A stretch of 64,000 nucleotides of DNA from Candidatus Buchananbacteria bacterium (GCA_903888345.1 CAISTG010000034.1:6823-70822), one strand, 5' to 3'. Shown: positions 54,617 to 63,971, numbered from the stretch's first letter. The notes: generated by a model from the letters alone, not told the origin. Numbers and translations: made by a program.

Positions 54617-55298
54617 AACTTTTATTCCAATCTATCTTACTTCTCAAGTCAGTCACCAATAATTTAATTATTTGTTGCTGAACCTTTTCAATTGATTGCT
54701 CGCCATTAATCTTGCTTAACAATCCCTGCTCTTCATAAAACTTGACGATAGCGTCAGCCTCACGATGATAAACCTCTAATCGTGATTTAACGGTTTCTTC
54801 TTTATCATCATCACGTTGAAATAATGATTCACCGCAAGTATCGCAAATCAATTGATCTTTTGGTGGTGAATATTTCAAATGCCAAGTATGGCCATTTTTA
54901 CAAACCCGGCGCCCGGACATCCGTTCAACGATGGCCTCATCAGAAACATTAATTAAGAAAACTCGGTCAACAGTCGTGATCTGGCTCAGATATTGGGCCT
55001 GTTCTAAAGTCCGTGGAAAACCATCCATCGCATAGCCAAGACTGCAATCATCTTTTTTAATTCTGTCGGCCACCAAACGATTAACTAATTCGGTCGGCAC
55101 TAATTTCCCATTATCCATATATGAGGCCACCTCTTGAGCTAAGGGATTGTTGGTTTCCGCTTTTATGTTTTGTAAAATAACACCAGTAGAAATATGAGGA
55201 ATATCAAAAGTATTAGCGACTAATTCAGTCTGCGTCCCCTTGCCAGAAACTGGTGGTCCCAAAAAAATAAGTTCGAACGGTTTGTCATTTAAAGGCAT
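54615..55298 (-). CDS. adk: Adenylate kinase (long, zinc-lid form)
   Basis: P-loop GPPVSGKGTQ; lid with CKNGH...CDTCG zinc ligands. Confidence 0.9.
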   Translation of the reverse strand: MPLNDKPFELIFLGPPVSGKGTQTELVANTFDIPHISTGVILQNIKAETNNPLAQEVASYMDNGKLVPTELVNRLVADRIKKDDCSLGYAMDGFPRTLEQAQYLSQITTVDRVFLINVSDEAIVERMSGRRVCKNGHTWHLKYSPPKDQLICDTCGESLFQRDDDKEETVKSRLEVYHREADAIVKFYEEQGLLSKINGEQSIEKVQQQIIKLLVTDLRSKIDWNKS

Positions 55299-55484
55299 AG
55301 CTAAATAAATTAAGAATTAAGAATTACGAATTACGAATTTGATTAATGCACAATTCTTAATACTCCAATTATTGTAATTATATTAACCTATTTTACAAAA
55401 TTAATCCATACAAAAAAGACTGATTTAATTCAGTCTTTTTTGTATATATAAATCGTAATTTTTAATTCGTAATTCGTAATTCAC
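55299..55484. repeat. Intergenic inverted repeat (19-bp perfect arms GAATTACGAATTACGAATT) flanking a bidirectional terminator hairpin
   Basis: Arms at about 55317-55335 and 55461-55479. Central hairpin aaaaaaGACTGAtttaattCAGTCtttttt at about 55413-55446. Confidence 0.6.
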
Positions 55485-56765
55485 CTAGATTTCTTCGTAA
55501 TCTCTCATTGATAATTGAGCATTAATCTGATTAACAGTTTCAATAACTACGGACACCACAATCAATAAGGAAGTACCACCGATAACTAGAGATTTAGTTC
55601 CAGTTAATTGAGCAGTGACGAGCGGCAAGATAGCAATCAAGCCCAAGAATATAGCACCAGTGAAAATAATCTTACTGACGATTGCTTGCACATAATCGGC
55701 AGTGGACTTACCCGGGCGAATACCTGGGATGAAACCGCCCTGCTTCTGTAAGTTTTCGGCAATTTGGTCGGGATGGAAAATAACAGCGGTGTAGAAATAA
55801 GTGAAAGCCACTACTAAAGTGAAATAGGAAATGCCATAGAATAACTGATTCTGGAATAAGCGGACAATATACTGAGCACTTTGAGCGACCCAAGCACTTT
55901 TGACATTAATAAATAACTGAGCAAAAGTCGGTGGCATTAAGATGATAGAAATGGCGAAAATGATTGGAATAACACCAGCCATATTTACGCGCAATGGTAA
56001 ATGAGTCGTCACGCCACCAATCGTGCGGTTACCACGAATTTGACGGGCATACTGCACTGGGATATTGCGTTGTCCTTCAGTAATAACGACGACAGCCGCG
56101 ATAGTGATCAAGGCGATAATCGCAAAAATTATCAAATTAACTAATTCTGATACATTATAATTCAAGAACATTTTGGTAGCAGCTGATGGAATACCAGAAA
56201 CGATACCGGCAAAAATCATGAGGGAAATACCGTTGCCAATTTTCTTTTCGGAAATAAGTTCGCCGAGCCACATAATGAAGATAGTACCAGCCGTAGCCAC
56301 AACCATCGCGATTAGCAGATCATAAGTATGGAAATTGCTAAAAATTATGGAGCCACCCTGAGAGTTCTTTAGTAATTGGATCATGCCAAAGGCTTGCATC
56401 GCGGCCAAAGGAATCGTTAACCAACGAGTCCACATATTGATCTTATTGCGGCCATACTCACCTTCTTTGGATAATTCTTCGAGTGATGGAACCACCATTG
56501 TTAACAACTGAAAAATAATCGAGGAAGTGATGTAAGGTCCAACGCCAAGCATAACAACAGAAAAGTTAGCCATAGCGCCACCAGAGAAAATATTCATCAA
56601 TCCAAGAATCTGATTAGAAGCGAATAATTGTTTAAGACCAGCAGCATCAATACCAGGCAATGGGATAATCGCAGCAATTCTAGAAATAACTAAAAGACCC
56701 AAGACGAAAAGAATGCTATTCCGTAAATCCTTGAGCTTCCAAATTTGAGAAAGTTTATTAAGCAT
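55485..56765 (-). CDS. secY: Preprotein translocase subunit SecY
   Basis: 426 aa with 10 TM helices, in the conserved position downstream of rplO. Confidence 0.9.
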   Translation of the reverse strand: MLNKLSQIWKLKDLRNSILFVLGLLVISRIAAIIPLPGIDAAGLKQLFASNQILGLMNIFSGGAMANFSVVMLGVGPYITSSIIFQLLTMVVPSLEELSKEGEYGRNKINMWTRWLTIPLAAMQAFGMIQLLKNSQGGSIIFSNFHTYDLLIAMVVATAGTIFIMWLGELISEKKIGNGISLMIFAGIVSGIPSAATKMFLNYNVSELVNLIIFAIIALITIAAVVVITEGQRNIPVQYARQIRGNRTIGGVTTHLPLRVNMAGVIPIIFAISIILMPPTFAQLFINVKSAWVAQSAQYIVRLFQNQLFYGISYFTLVVAFTYFYTAVIFHPDQIAENLQKQGGFIPGIRPGKSTADYVQAIVSKIIFTGAIFLGLIAILPLVTAQLTGTKSLVIGGTSLLIVVSVVIETVNQINAQLSMRDYEEI

Positions 56766-56865
56766 AATAATAAATTGTTTTTTTGTTAAATTGTTTATTG
56801 TTAAATTATTGTCACCCTACTAATACCAACAATTTAACAATTTAGCAATTGCGCAATTTTATACC

Positions 56866-57300
56866 TTATTTAACTTCAGTTTTGCCACCGGCAGCTTCAA
56901 TAGCTGCTTTAGCGGTAGCGGAGAAAGAGTTAGCAATGACGGTCAATTTCTTTTCTAATTTTCCATTGCCTAAAATCTTGATGGTTTTATAGCGTTTGTC
57001 TAATAAGCCGGCTTGGATCAACTTTTTGTAGTCAACGATAGCACCTGCTTCAAACACATTTAAATCAACCAAATTAACCACTGGGGTTTTGGCATACATT
57101 GATTTGAAACCGCGAGACTTTGGAGTAGAAAGCATCATTTGCTTTAAACCTAAAGCCTTCAACCCGGACACGCCGCTACGGGATTTCTGGCCCTTCATAC
57201 CTTTGCCGGAATAAGTTCCACGTTTGCCGCCGCGACCGATTTCTTTGGCTTTTTTCTTAGAGCCCTGAGCCGGTTTTAAATTTGATAGATTGACTGACAT
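56866..57300 (-). CDS. rplO: 50S ribosomal protein L15
   Basis: Gly/Lys-rich N-terminus ...GRGGKRGTYSGKGMKGQKSRSG. Confidence 0.85.
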   Translation of the reverse strand: MSVNLSNLKPAQGSKKKAKEIGRGGKRGTYSGKGMKGQKSRSGVSGLKALGLKQMMLSTPKSRGFKSMYAKTPVVNLVDLNVFEAGAIVDYKKLIQAGLLDKRYKTIKILGNGKLEKKLTVIANSFSATAKAAIEAAGGKTEVK

Positions 57301-57325
57301 AATTGTAATTAGTTTTTTTCCTTAT

Positions 57326-57377
57326 TGTCATTCTCGGAAAATCCGTAAACGTAGTGGGAGGATTTATCCGAGAATCT
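57326..57377. repeat. 52-nt nested hairpin element, copy 1 (rplO-rpsE spacer, where L30 would normally be)
   Basis: gtcATTCTCGGaAAATCCgtaaacgtagtgggagGGATTTaTCCGAGAATc; nearly identical to copy 2. Confidence 0.7.
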
Positions 57378-57406
57378 TTTCCTAAATGATAAATTTATCT
57401 ACTTAA

Positions 57407-57946
57407 CTATTCGCTTTTAGCTTCAGCCTTGGTTTCTTTCTTGGCTGTTTTCAATTTCTTCAAGCTAGCTAAAGCGTGTAAAGTTGCTTTGATATTATTA
57501 ACCTTATTATTGGAGCCGAAAACCTTAGAAACAATATTTTCTACGCCAGCAAGTTCCAAAACGATACGAACCGCACCGCCAGAAATAATACCAGTACCAG
57601 CTGGAGCAGGTTTCAACATGATTCTCGCTGCACCGAATTTGGATCTGATTTCATGAGCAATAGTACCTTCGCGTAAAGGAACTTTGATTAAGTTCTTTTC
57701 TGCTTGGCGCACCGCTTTTTGTACAGCCATTGGCACGTCTTTAGCCTTAGCTAAACCCATGGCCACACGGCCCTTTTTATCACCGATGACTACACAAGCG
57801 CGAAAACTGATACGTTTACCGCCGGCCATAACACGAGTAACTCTAGCGATTTCCACGATGGTTTGTTGGAATTCACTGACTTCACGTTTTGGTCGCTGAC
57901 CTTTTCTGTCTCGTCTGTCTTTATTAGTATTGGTATTAGGTTTCAT
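57407..57946 (-). CDS. rpsE: 30S ribosomal protein S5
   Basis: S5 dsRBD plus C-terminal domain, with a basic N-terminal extension. Confidence 0.85.
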   Translation of the reverse strand: MKPNTNTNKDRRDRKGQRPKREVSEFQQTIVEIARVTRVMAGGKRISFRACVVIGDKKGRVAMGLAKAKDVPMAVQKAVRQAEKNLIKVPLREGTIAHEIRSKFGAARIMLKPAPAGTGIISGGAVRIVLELAGVENIVSKVFGSNNKVNNIKATLHALASLKKLKTAKKETKAEAKSE

Positions 57947-57953
57947 AAGATTA

Positions 57954-58307
57954 TTAAATAGTTAATCCATTTTCTCGAGCGCCTTCGGCCACCGCTTTAA
58001 CACGGCCATGATAACGGAAAGAACCGCGATCAAAAACGGCAGTTGAGATTTTTTTAGCTTTAGCTTTTTCAGCTAATAACTTGCCAACTTCAAAAGCTTT
58101 TTCGGTTTTAGTTTTACCGGTTTTGATTTCAGTATCCTGAACGCTAGCTAAAGTTACTCCAGTAGTGTCATTAATCAACTGAGCATAGATATGATCTAAG
58201 CTACGATAAACTGACAAGCGAGGCTTAAGCTCCGTGCCGGTAATTTTGGCGCGGACACGTTTGTGTCTTCTTTCGACCCTGGCGTTATTGTTTCTGACTT
58301 TATTCAT
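57954..58307 (-). CDS. rplR: 50S ribosomal protein L18
   Basis: 117 aa in the conserved spc-operon position. Confidence 0.85.
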   Translation of the reverse strand: MNKVRNNNARVERRHKRVRAKITGTELKPRLSVYRSLDHIYAQLINDTTGVTLASVQDTEIKTGKTKTEKAFEVGKLLAEKAKAKKISTAVFDRGSFRYHGRVKAVAEGARENGLTI

Positions 58308-58333
58308 AATATTTATTAGACTTTATCATTAGA

Positions 58334-58384
58334 TGTCATTCTCAGAAAATCCGTAAACGAAGTGGGAGGATTTATCCGAGAAAC
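58334..58384. repeat. 52-nt nested hairpin element, copy 2 (rplR-rplF spacer)
   Basis: gtcattctcagaaaatccgtaaacgaagtgggaggatttatccgagaaa; 3 substitutions relative to copy 1. Confidence 0.7.
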
Positions 58385-58398
58385 TATTCAATTATTTA

Positions 58399-58944
58399 TT
58401 ATTTGCCTTTGGAAGCAGTCTTACCAGCCTTACGGATAAAGATTTCACCAAGATACTTAATGCCTTTACCTTTATACGGTTCAACTTTCTTGATTTTTCT
58501 GATTTGAGCAGCAATTTCACCGACTACCTGCTTATCAATACCGGCAACAGTCATAATATTTCCTTCAACAGTAATAGTGATTCCGGCTGGAATAGCGAAT
58601 TCAACTGGATGAGAAAAGCCAACGTTTAAAATGACTTTATTACCAACAACAGCATATTTCATACCAACGCCGCTGATCTCTAGTTTTTTGATAAAACCTT
58701 CAGTCACGCCCTTGACCATATTTCTGAGCAAGCTACCAAAAAGACCCCACAAAGCACGTTGGCTCTTATCGGTTTCATCTTTAATGGTGACCTGGATGTT
58801 ATTGTCTTTAACTTCAACCATAACCTGAGGATGGATTTCCTGTTTTAAAACGCCTTTCGGGCCCTTAACAGTAATTTCACTTCCTTCAACCTTTACTTCG
58901 ACTCCAGCAGGAATAACGATTGGATTTTTACCTATTCTAGACAT
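58399..58944 (-). CDS. rplF: 50S ribosomal protein L6
   Basis: Two L6 alpha/beta repeats; 181 aa. Confidence 0.85.
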   Translation of the reverse strand: MSRIGKNPIVIPAGVEVKVEGSEITVKGPKGVLKQEIHPQVMVEVKDNNIQVTIKDETDKSQRALWGLFGSLLRNMVKGVTEGFIKKLEISGVGMKYAVVGNKVILNVGFSHPVEFAIPAGITITVEGNIMTVAGIDKQVVGEIAAQIRKIKKVEPYKGKGIKYLGEIFIRKAGKTASKGK

Positions 58945-59008
58945 AGTATTATATCAATTTTTAAGTTCAGCCGAAGCTGGGCTTAAATTTATTTTATTGG
59001 ATTAAATA

Positions 59009-59410
59009 TTAGTAAACTTCACAAACTACTTCTCCACCCAAACCAGCTTTCTTGGCTTGGCGATTAGTCATCATACCGGAGGAAGTGGAAATAATGGCGA
59101 TACCATAATTATTCAAAACTACCGGCAATTCATCTTTAGAGACATATTGGCGTTGACCTGGTTTGGAAACCCGGTTAATAGTATTAATAGCTGATTGGCC
59201 TTCGTCGTATTTCAAAGTCACTTCCAAACCGCCGAACTTATAACCTTCGGTGTCTGGTTTGATTTCAGAAAAGTCCGCGATAAAGCCTTCGCGCTTCAAA
59301 ATTTTGGCGATTTCTAATTTTACCTTAGAAAAAGGAATGAAAACCTTATCCTTCTTGACTTTAGAAGAATTCCGGATTCTGGTTAACATGTCGGCGATGG
59401 TATCGGTCAT
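59009..59410 (-). CDS. rpsH: 30S ribosomal protein S8
   Basis: MTDTIADMLTRIRN start is typical of S8. Confidence 0.85.
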   Translation of the reverse strand: MTDTIADMLTRIRNSSKVKKDKVFIPFSKVKLEIAKILKREGFIADFSEIKPDTEGYKFGGLEVTLKYDEGQSAINTINRVSKPGQRQYVSKDELPVVLNNYGIAIISTSSGMMTNRQAKKAGLGGEVVCEVY

Positions 59411-59451
59411 ATATGAATATAATTTATCTGTATTTATTTAACAATTAGAAA

Positions 59452-59637
59452 CTACCAGGAAGACTTAGAAACTCCCGGAATCTGGCCATTGTTGGCTAAT
59501 TCTCTAAAACAAATTCTACAGAGTTTGAAATCTCTCATGTAGCCGTGTCTTCTGCCGCAACGCCAGCAGCGATTGACCTTTCTGGTTGAAAATTTTGGTT
59601 TTCTGTTTGATTTGGCGATTTGTGCTTCGGTAGCCAT
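59452..59637 (-). CDS. rpsZ: 30S ribosomal protein S14 type Z (zinc-binding)
   Basis: 61 aa; CRRCGR...CRICFRE C4 motif. Confidence 0.85.
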   Translation of the reverse strand: MATEAQIAKSNRKPKFSTRKVNRCWRCGRRHGYMRDFKLCRICFRELANNGQIPGVSKSSW

Positions 59638-59760
59638 AGTAATATATTAGTTGAAAGTCTATAAGGTCTAAAATCTAGAAAGTCAACTAAAGAGTTTCTT
59701 TTTGACTTTAGGGACTTTAGGGACTTTTGACTATGTTTTATTTAATCTTAATTAATTTTT

Positions 59761-60309
59761 TTAATCTTTCTTCTGCATTGGGAAGCCTAACAGCTTGAAC
59801 ATTTCTTCGCCGACTTCTTTAGTCCCAGCATTAGTAGAAATATTGATCTGTAAACCATGAATGCGATCTACTTCGTCATGACGAATTTCGGGAAACACGA
59901 TATGTTCTTTGAAGCCAATCGAGAGATTGCCTTGCTTGTCGATATTCTTTGGTGAGATACCGCGGAAATCGCGAATACGAGGCAAGGAAACATTGACTAA
60001 CTTATCTAAGAAATCATACATCATAGCGCCGCGTAAAGTTACCATAACACCAACCACCATATTCTCTTTCACTTTGAAAGCAGAAATAGCTTGTTTGGCC
60101 TTACAGCGAACCGGCTTTTGTCCAGTAATTCTCTTGAGAGTGCTTTCAACTGCGTCGAGTAAGCCACTATCCGTGTTACGGGAATTGATGCCGACATTAA
60201 GCGTAACTTTCATCACCTTTGGTACGGACATGATATTTTTGTAGCCGAACTTTTCTTTTAGAGCCGGTACGACTGCTTTAGTATATTTGTCTTTTAATCT
60301 AACATTCAT
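59761..60309 (-). CDS. rplE: 50S ribosomal protein L5
   Basis: 182 aa in the conserved position. Confidence 0.85.
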   Translation of the reverse strand: MNVRLKDKYTKAVVPALKEKFGYKNIMSVPKVMKVTLNVGINSRNTDSGLLDAVESTLKRITGQKPVRCKAKQAISAFKVKENMVVGVMVTLRGAMMYDFLDKLVNVSLPRIRDFRGISPKNIDKQGNLSIGFKEHIVFPEIRHDEVDRIHGLQINISTNAGTKEVGEEMFKLLGFPMQKKD

Positions 60310-60330
60310 AAAATTAATAGTATAAAAACC

Positions 60331-60636
60331 TTAAATAGTTTCTTTGCATTTTGCGCAAACTCTGGATTTCTTGCCAGCTTCGACTTTAAAACTGACTCGG
60401 GTCGGTTTGCCACACTTTGGGCAAAGCAAAGCTACCTTAGCAATGTTAACGGCGGCTGGAAATTGAATTCGTTGGCCTTTTTCACCGCTCTTGCGGGCTT
60501 TTTGATGCTTGATCAGCAAATTCAAACCCTCAACGACGATACGTCCTTCTTCGGTCATGACCTGAAGAACCTTACCGCTTTTGCCTTTATCTTTGCCGGC
60601 TTGCATTGTTACTTTGTCTCCTGATTTTATTTTCAT
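60331..60636 (-). CDS. rplX: 50S ribosomal protein L24 (C-terminal CxxC...CxxC variant)
   Basis: KOW motif ...GKDKGKSGKV; C-terminus CPKCGKPTRVSFKVEAGKKSRVCAKCKE. Confidence 0.8.
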   Translation of the reverse strand: MKIKSGDKVTMQAGKDKGKSGKVLQVMTEEGRIVVEGLNLLIKHQKARKSGEKGQRIQFPAAVNIAKVALLCPKCGKPTRVSFKVEAGKKSRVCAKCKETI

Positions 60637-60750
60637 ATTTACCCTGTTAAATAATATTTCGAATTGAACCTATATTAATTTGATTCTTGTTATCCCCTAT
60701 TTTCTCCCTCTTAATTCAATCTCTTGAAAAATTTAACAGGGTGAAATTAG
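60637..60750 (-). promoter_or_regulatory. 5'-leader of rplX: 12-bp long-range helix (ACCCTGTTAAAT / ATTTAACAGGGT) pairing the ACAGGGUAAA start-site motif
   Basis: Arms at 60641-60652 and 60731-60742; the mRNA reads ...AACAGGGUAAAU AUG. Confidence 0.5.
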
Positions 60751-60762
60751 TTGGTAGCTTAT

Positions 60763-60820
60763 TAGCTTGTAGCTTGTAGATTCTTAGAATACTTTCTAAC
60801 AAACTACGAGCTACAAGCTA
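60763..60820 (-). other. 17-bp near-perfect stem-loop 3' of rplN (no U-run)
   Basis: TAGCTTGTAGCTTGTAG...CTACGAGCTACAAGCTA with one G.U wobble; candidate RNase III site or stabiliser. Confidence 0.4.
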
Positions 60821-60835
60821 CAACGCCTAAATTAT

Positions 60836-61204
60836 TTATAATACTTCCGGTGCTAAGGAAATTATTTTTTGATAGCCAAGATTACGTAATTCTCTGGCAA
60901 CTGGCCCGAAGATACGGGTGCCACGCATTTCTTTTTTGGCATCAATTAATACGACAGCATTATCATCAAAACGAATATAAGAACCATCAGCGCGGCGAGT
61001 TTCTTTTCTAGTTCGCACCACGACACCTTTAACAACATCACCCTTTTTGACTTGGGAATGAGGCACGGCTTCTTTAACTGACATCGTGACGATATCACCG
61101 ACTCGGCCATAGCGTTTGCGATAACCGCCAGCGACATTAAACACAGCTAATCTCTTAGCTCCGGTATTATCAGCGGCTTTAACAATTGATCTTAATTGAA
61201 TCAT
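60836..61204 (-). CDS. rplN: 50S ribosomal protein L14
   Basis: [17 protein letters not shown] start is typical of L14. Confidence 0.9.
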   Translation of the reverse strand: MIQLRSIVKAADNTGAKRLAVFNVAGGYRKRYGRVGDIVTMSVKEAVPHSQVKKGDVVKGVVVRTRKETRRADGSYIRFDDNAVVLIDAKKEMRGTRIFGPVARELRNLGYQKIISLAPEVL

Positions 61205-61236
61205 ATAATTAAACTTCTATATCTAAATAATATTTA

Positions 61237-61479
61237 TTATTCGGCGGAATAAACAACTCTCCATTTTTTATCTTTGGACAGTGGTCGACATTCGACAAAA
61301 TTAACGACATCGCCAGTCTTGAATTGGTTCTTTTCATCATGAACTTTATACTTGCTGCTGACTTTATAGCGCTTCTTTAATTTCGAATGCATTTTGAAAG
61401 CATCGACTTTGACGACGATGGTTTTGGACATTTTGTCGGAAACCACAGTGCCCTTAAATTTTCTTAAAATCTTTTCCAT
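61237..61479 (-). CDS. rpsQ: 30S ribosomal protein S17
   Basis: 80 aa OB fold in the conserved position. Confidence 0.85.
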   Translation of the reverse strand: MEKILRKFKGTVVSDKMSKTIVVKVDAFKMHSKLKKRYKVSSKYKVHDEKNQFKTGDVVNFVECRPLSKDKKWRVVYSAE

Positions 61480-61509
61480 ATTATATTTAGCTTTTTATTG
61501 AGAGGATTG

Positions 61510-61695
61510 TTATTTAGCTTCTTTAGTAGCCATCAAAACTCGAGCGATGTTTTTTTTGATCACTCTGATTTCTCTGACGCTCTTCAGCTGGCCTTGATGT
61601 GCCTTAAATCTCAACTCATCGAGCTGCTTGCGCAAATCGTTGAGGATGGCTGAAAGTTCGCCCTTTTCTTTAAGTCTTAATTCTTTAATATTCAT
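61510..61695 (-). CDS. rpmC: 50S ribosomal protein L29
   Basis: 61 aa; MNIKELRLKEKGELSAIL. Confidence 0.85.
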   Translation of the reverse strand: MNIKELRLKEKGELSAILNDLRKQLDELRFKAHQGQLKSVREIRVIKKNIARVLMATKEAK

Positions 61696-61717
61696 ATAAT
61701 TAAATGATGCCTAACAA

Positions 61718-62126
61718 TTATTTAGAAACAAATTTTGCCTTAACTGGCAATTTATAAGCGGCGAGTTCCATCGCTTCGCGAGCCACAACCTCAGTAACGC
61801 CATCAATTTCGAAAATGATAGTTCCTGGTCGAATCGCCGCAACATAATACTCAGGTGCGCCTTTACCGCCGCCCATAGTGGATTGAGAACCCTTGTTAGT
61901 AATAGCTGCATGTGGGAAGATTCTGATCCAAACCTTACCGCCGCGTTTCACGAATTTAGTGATAACACGTCGAGCCGATTCGAGTTGCTGAGCTTTAACC
62001 CAACCACCAGTGGTCGATTGCAAGCCATAATTACCGAAGGCCAAATAATGACCCTTAGTCGCTGGGCTCTTGCCACGGACATCCGGTCGATGTGGTTTTC
62101 TTCTTTTTAGTTTCTTAGGCATTAAC
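61718..62126 (-). CDS. rplP: 50S ribosomal protein L16 (start placed at MLMPKKLKRRK; the ORF track extends to 62161)
   Basis: Conserved L16 N-terminus M-L-x-P-K-(R/K)-x-K-(F/R)-R-K. The upstream 11 codons are not conserved. Confidence 0.8.
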
Positions 62127-62233
62127 ATATATAGTAGATAGATTATGTCGTTATTTGTCATCCCGATTTTTTCGCCTTAAGCCGTTAGGCGTTGCGGAAA
62201 AAGAGGGATCTATTCTTTATTATTTGCTTAAAA

Positions 62234-62908
62234 TTATTTAGCGGCTTCCTTCTCTTTAAAAATATCACCCTTATAGATCCAAACTTTGATACCAATAGTT
62301 CCATAAATGGTTTGAGCGATTCCTCGAGCATAATCAATATCAGCGCGCAAGGTATGCAATGGTACTTTGCCATAAAGGAAAAGTTCGCGACGGGCAATTT
62401 CCGCTCCGTCCAAACGTCCAGAAATCAAAACCTTAACACCCTTAGCTCCAGCCTTTTCGGCTCGTCCCATCGCTTGTTTAACCACGCGGCGGAAAGGAGT
62501 TCTTTTTTCGATATCAGTGGCCATTGATTGGATCAAGACAGCTGAATCGATGTTTGGGTTAGCTACTTCAATGATATTAACATTGATTGCTTTGATGGCT
62601 TTCTTTCGAGAAAAAGCATCTTTAAGAAAATTCTCTTTGATTTCATTTCTCAAGTCTTCAACTCCAGAACCGCCACGACCGATGATTACACCAGGTCGAG
62701 AAGCATGCAAATTCACGGTTACTCCGTTAGGCGTACGCTCAGTTTCGATCTTGGAAATTCCTTGGTTTCTGAATTTCTTCATGATATACTTTTTGATTTT
62801 GACATCCTGTTTTAGATATTCAGCAAAATCAAATTCGGTAAACCATTTGGCATCCCAGGTTTTGTTGACTTTTAATCTAAATGCTTTGGCATTAACTTTT
62901 TGACCCAT
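62234..62908 (-). CDS. rpsC: 30S ribosomal protein S3
   Basis: KH domain plus S3 C-terminal domain; 224 aa. Confidence 0.9.
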   Translation of the reverse strand: MGQKVNAKAFRLKVNKTWDAKWFTEFDFAEYLKQDVKIKKYIMKKFRNQGISKIETERTPNGVTVNLHASRPGVIIGRGGSGVEDLRNEIKENFLKDAFSRKKAIKAINVNIIEVANPNIDSAVLIQSMATDIEKRTPFRRVVKQAMGRAEKAGAKGVKVLISGRLDGAEIARRELFLYGKVPLHTLRADIDYARGIAQTIYGTIGIKVWIYKGDIFKEKEAAK

Positions 62909-63055
62909 ATTTACCCTGTTAAATAAGATTTTTATTTTATTAAACTTCTTATATTATTTAATTAGTTCGTATTCGCCGTCTGTTAAAGGAATTCATTTGT
63001 TCCAATCTTAATTTCAAATTTGAATTTGAAATTATTTAACAGGGTGAATAATTAG
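62909..63055 (-). promoter_or_regulatory. 5'-leader of rpsC with the same ACCCTGTTAAAT / ATTTAACAGGGT long-range helix as the rplX leader
   Basis: Arms at 62913-62924 and 63034-63045; the interior differs from the rplX copy; the mRNA again reads AACAGGGUAAAU AUG. Confidence 0.5.
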
Positions 63056-63070
63056 TTTTGTCTTTTCAAA

Positions 63071-63601
63071 TTATTTAGAACCAGTCTTTCTATTTAAGAC
63101 CTTACTGGCAAAGCCCTGTTTAGGAGCTGTCTTTTTAACTTTAGAACCTTCTTTTTCTTTGACTTCTTTCTTGTCAGCAATATCTTTAATTTCATCAAAT
63201 TCGCCAGTACCGACTTTAATAATATCAGAATCATCGGTTTTCTTTACCTTCTTAGCTTTGCCGGAAGCAACGATTTCAGTCAGTGTTAAAGTAACATGAG
63301 AAGTTCCTTTGCGTAACGGAGTGGCACGGCCTTGAGCGCGAGGCATCCAGCGTTTTAAAACTGGGCCACCATCAACAGTGACGGTTTTAACTTTCAAATT
63401 AGCCTCGTCGATTTCGTAATTCTCTTTGGCGTTAGCAATGGCCGAATTTAAAATCTTCAGCAAATTATTGCTGGCGAGCTTTGAGTTAAAAGTCAATTGC
63501 CACTTGGCCTTTTCCACGTCCATACCAGCAATCAAATTGGCAACCAATCTGACTTTGCGGGGAGACATGCGGATATATTTTCCTCTGGCGATAACATCCA
63601 T
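63071..63601 (-). CDS. rplV: 50S ribosomal protein L22 with long Lys-rich C-terminal extension
   Basis: L22 core over the first ~110 aa, then a ~65-aa K/E-rich tail. Confidence 0.8.
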   Translation of the reverse strand: MDVIARGKYIRMSPRKVRLVANLIAGMDVEKAKWQLTFNSKLASNNLLKILNSAIANAKENYEIDEANLKVKTVTVDGGPVLKRWMPRAQGRATPLRKGTSHVTLTLTEIVASGKAKKVKKTDDSDIIKVGTGEFDEIKDIADKKEVKEKEGSKVKKTAPKQGFASKVLNRKTGSK

Positions 63602-63683
63602 ATATTTAATTCAATTCAATGTTTAGTTATGATCCACTTCTGCTACAAACAGCTAGCGGAGCTATAGTTATTAATTTTAAACT

Positions 63684-63971
63684 TTATTTCTTAGACGCTT
63701 CGATCGCTTTTTGGATCTTACCGCCATGTCTGACGAATTTTCTAGTCAAAGAGAATTCTCCCAACTTATGGCCAACCATATTTTCGACCACAAAAACTGG
63801 CAGATGATCTTTGCCGTTATGGACGCCGAAAGTCAAACCAACCATCTCAGGAGTAATGGAGGAATTGCGGGCCCAAGTCTTAATAATGGTCTTGGATCCT
63901 TTAGGTGTGTTTTGGACTTTTTTGAGCAATTTTGCATCGACAAATGGCCCTTTCTTTAAACTTCTAGACAT
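63684..63971 (-). CDS. rpsS: 30S ribosomal protein S19
   Basis: [12 protein letters not shown]...[22 protein letters not shown] is canonical S19. Confidence 0.9.
   Translation of the reverse strand: MSRSLKKGPFVDAKLLKKVQNTPKGSKTIIKTWARNSSITPEMVGLTFGVHNGKDHLPVFVVENMVGHKLGEFSLTRKFVRHGGKIQKAIEASKK

Noticed and set aside
60763-60820. Intrinsic terminator after rplN
   Set aside because: Very stable 17-bp stem but no downstream U-run on the transcribed strand; kept as a possible processing or stability hairpin.
60637-63055. MITE interpretation of the ACCCTGTTAAAT...ATTTAACAGGGT elements
   Set aside because: Both copies abut a start codon with identical flanks (CATATTT on one side, GAA.TAG on the other) and have unrelated interiors. 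This fits a conserved leader structure better than a transposed element, though the MITE reading is not excluded.
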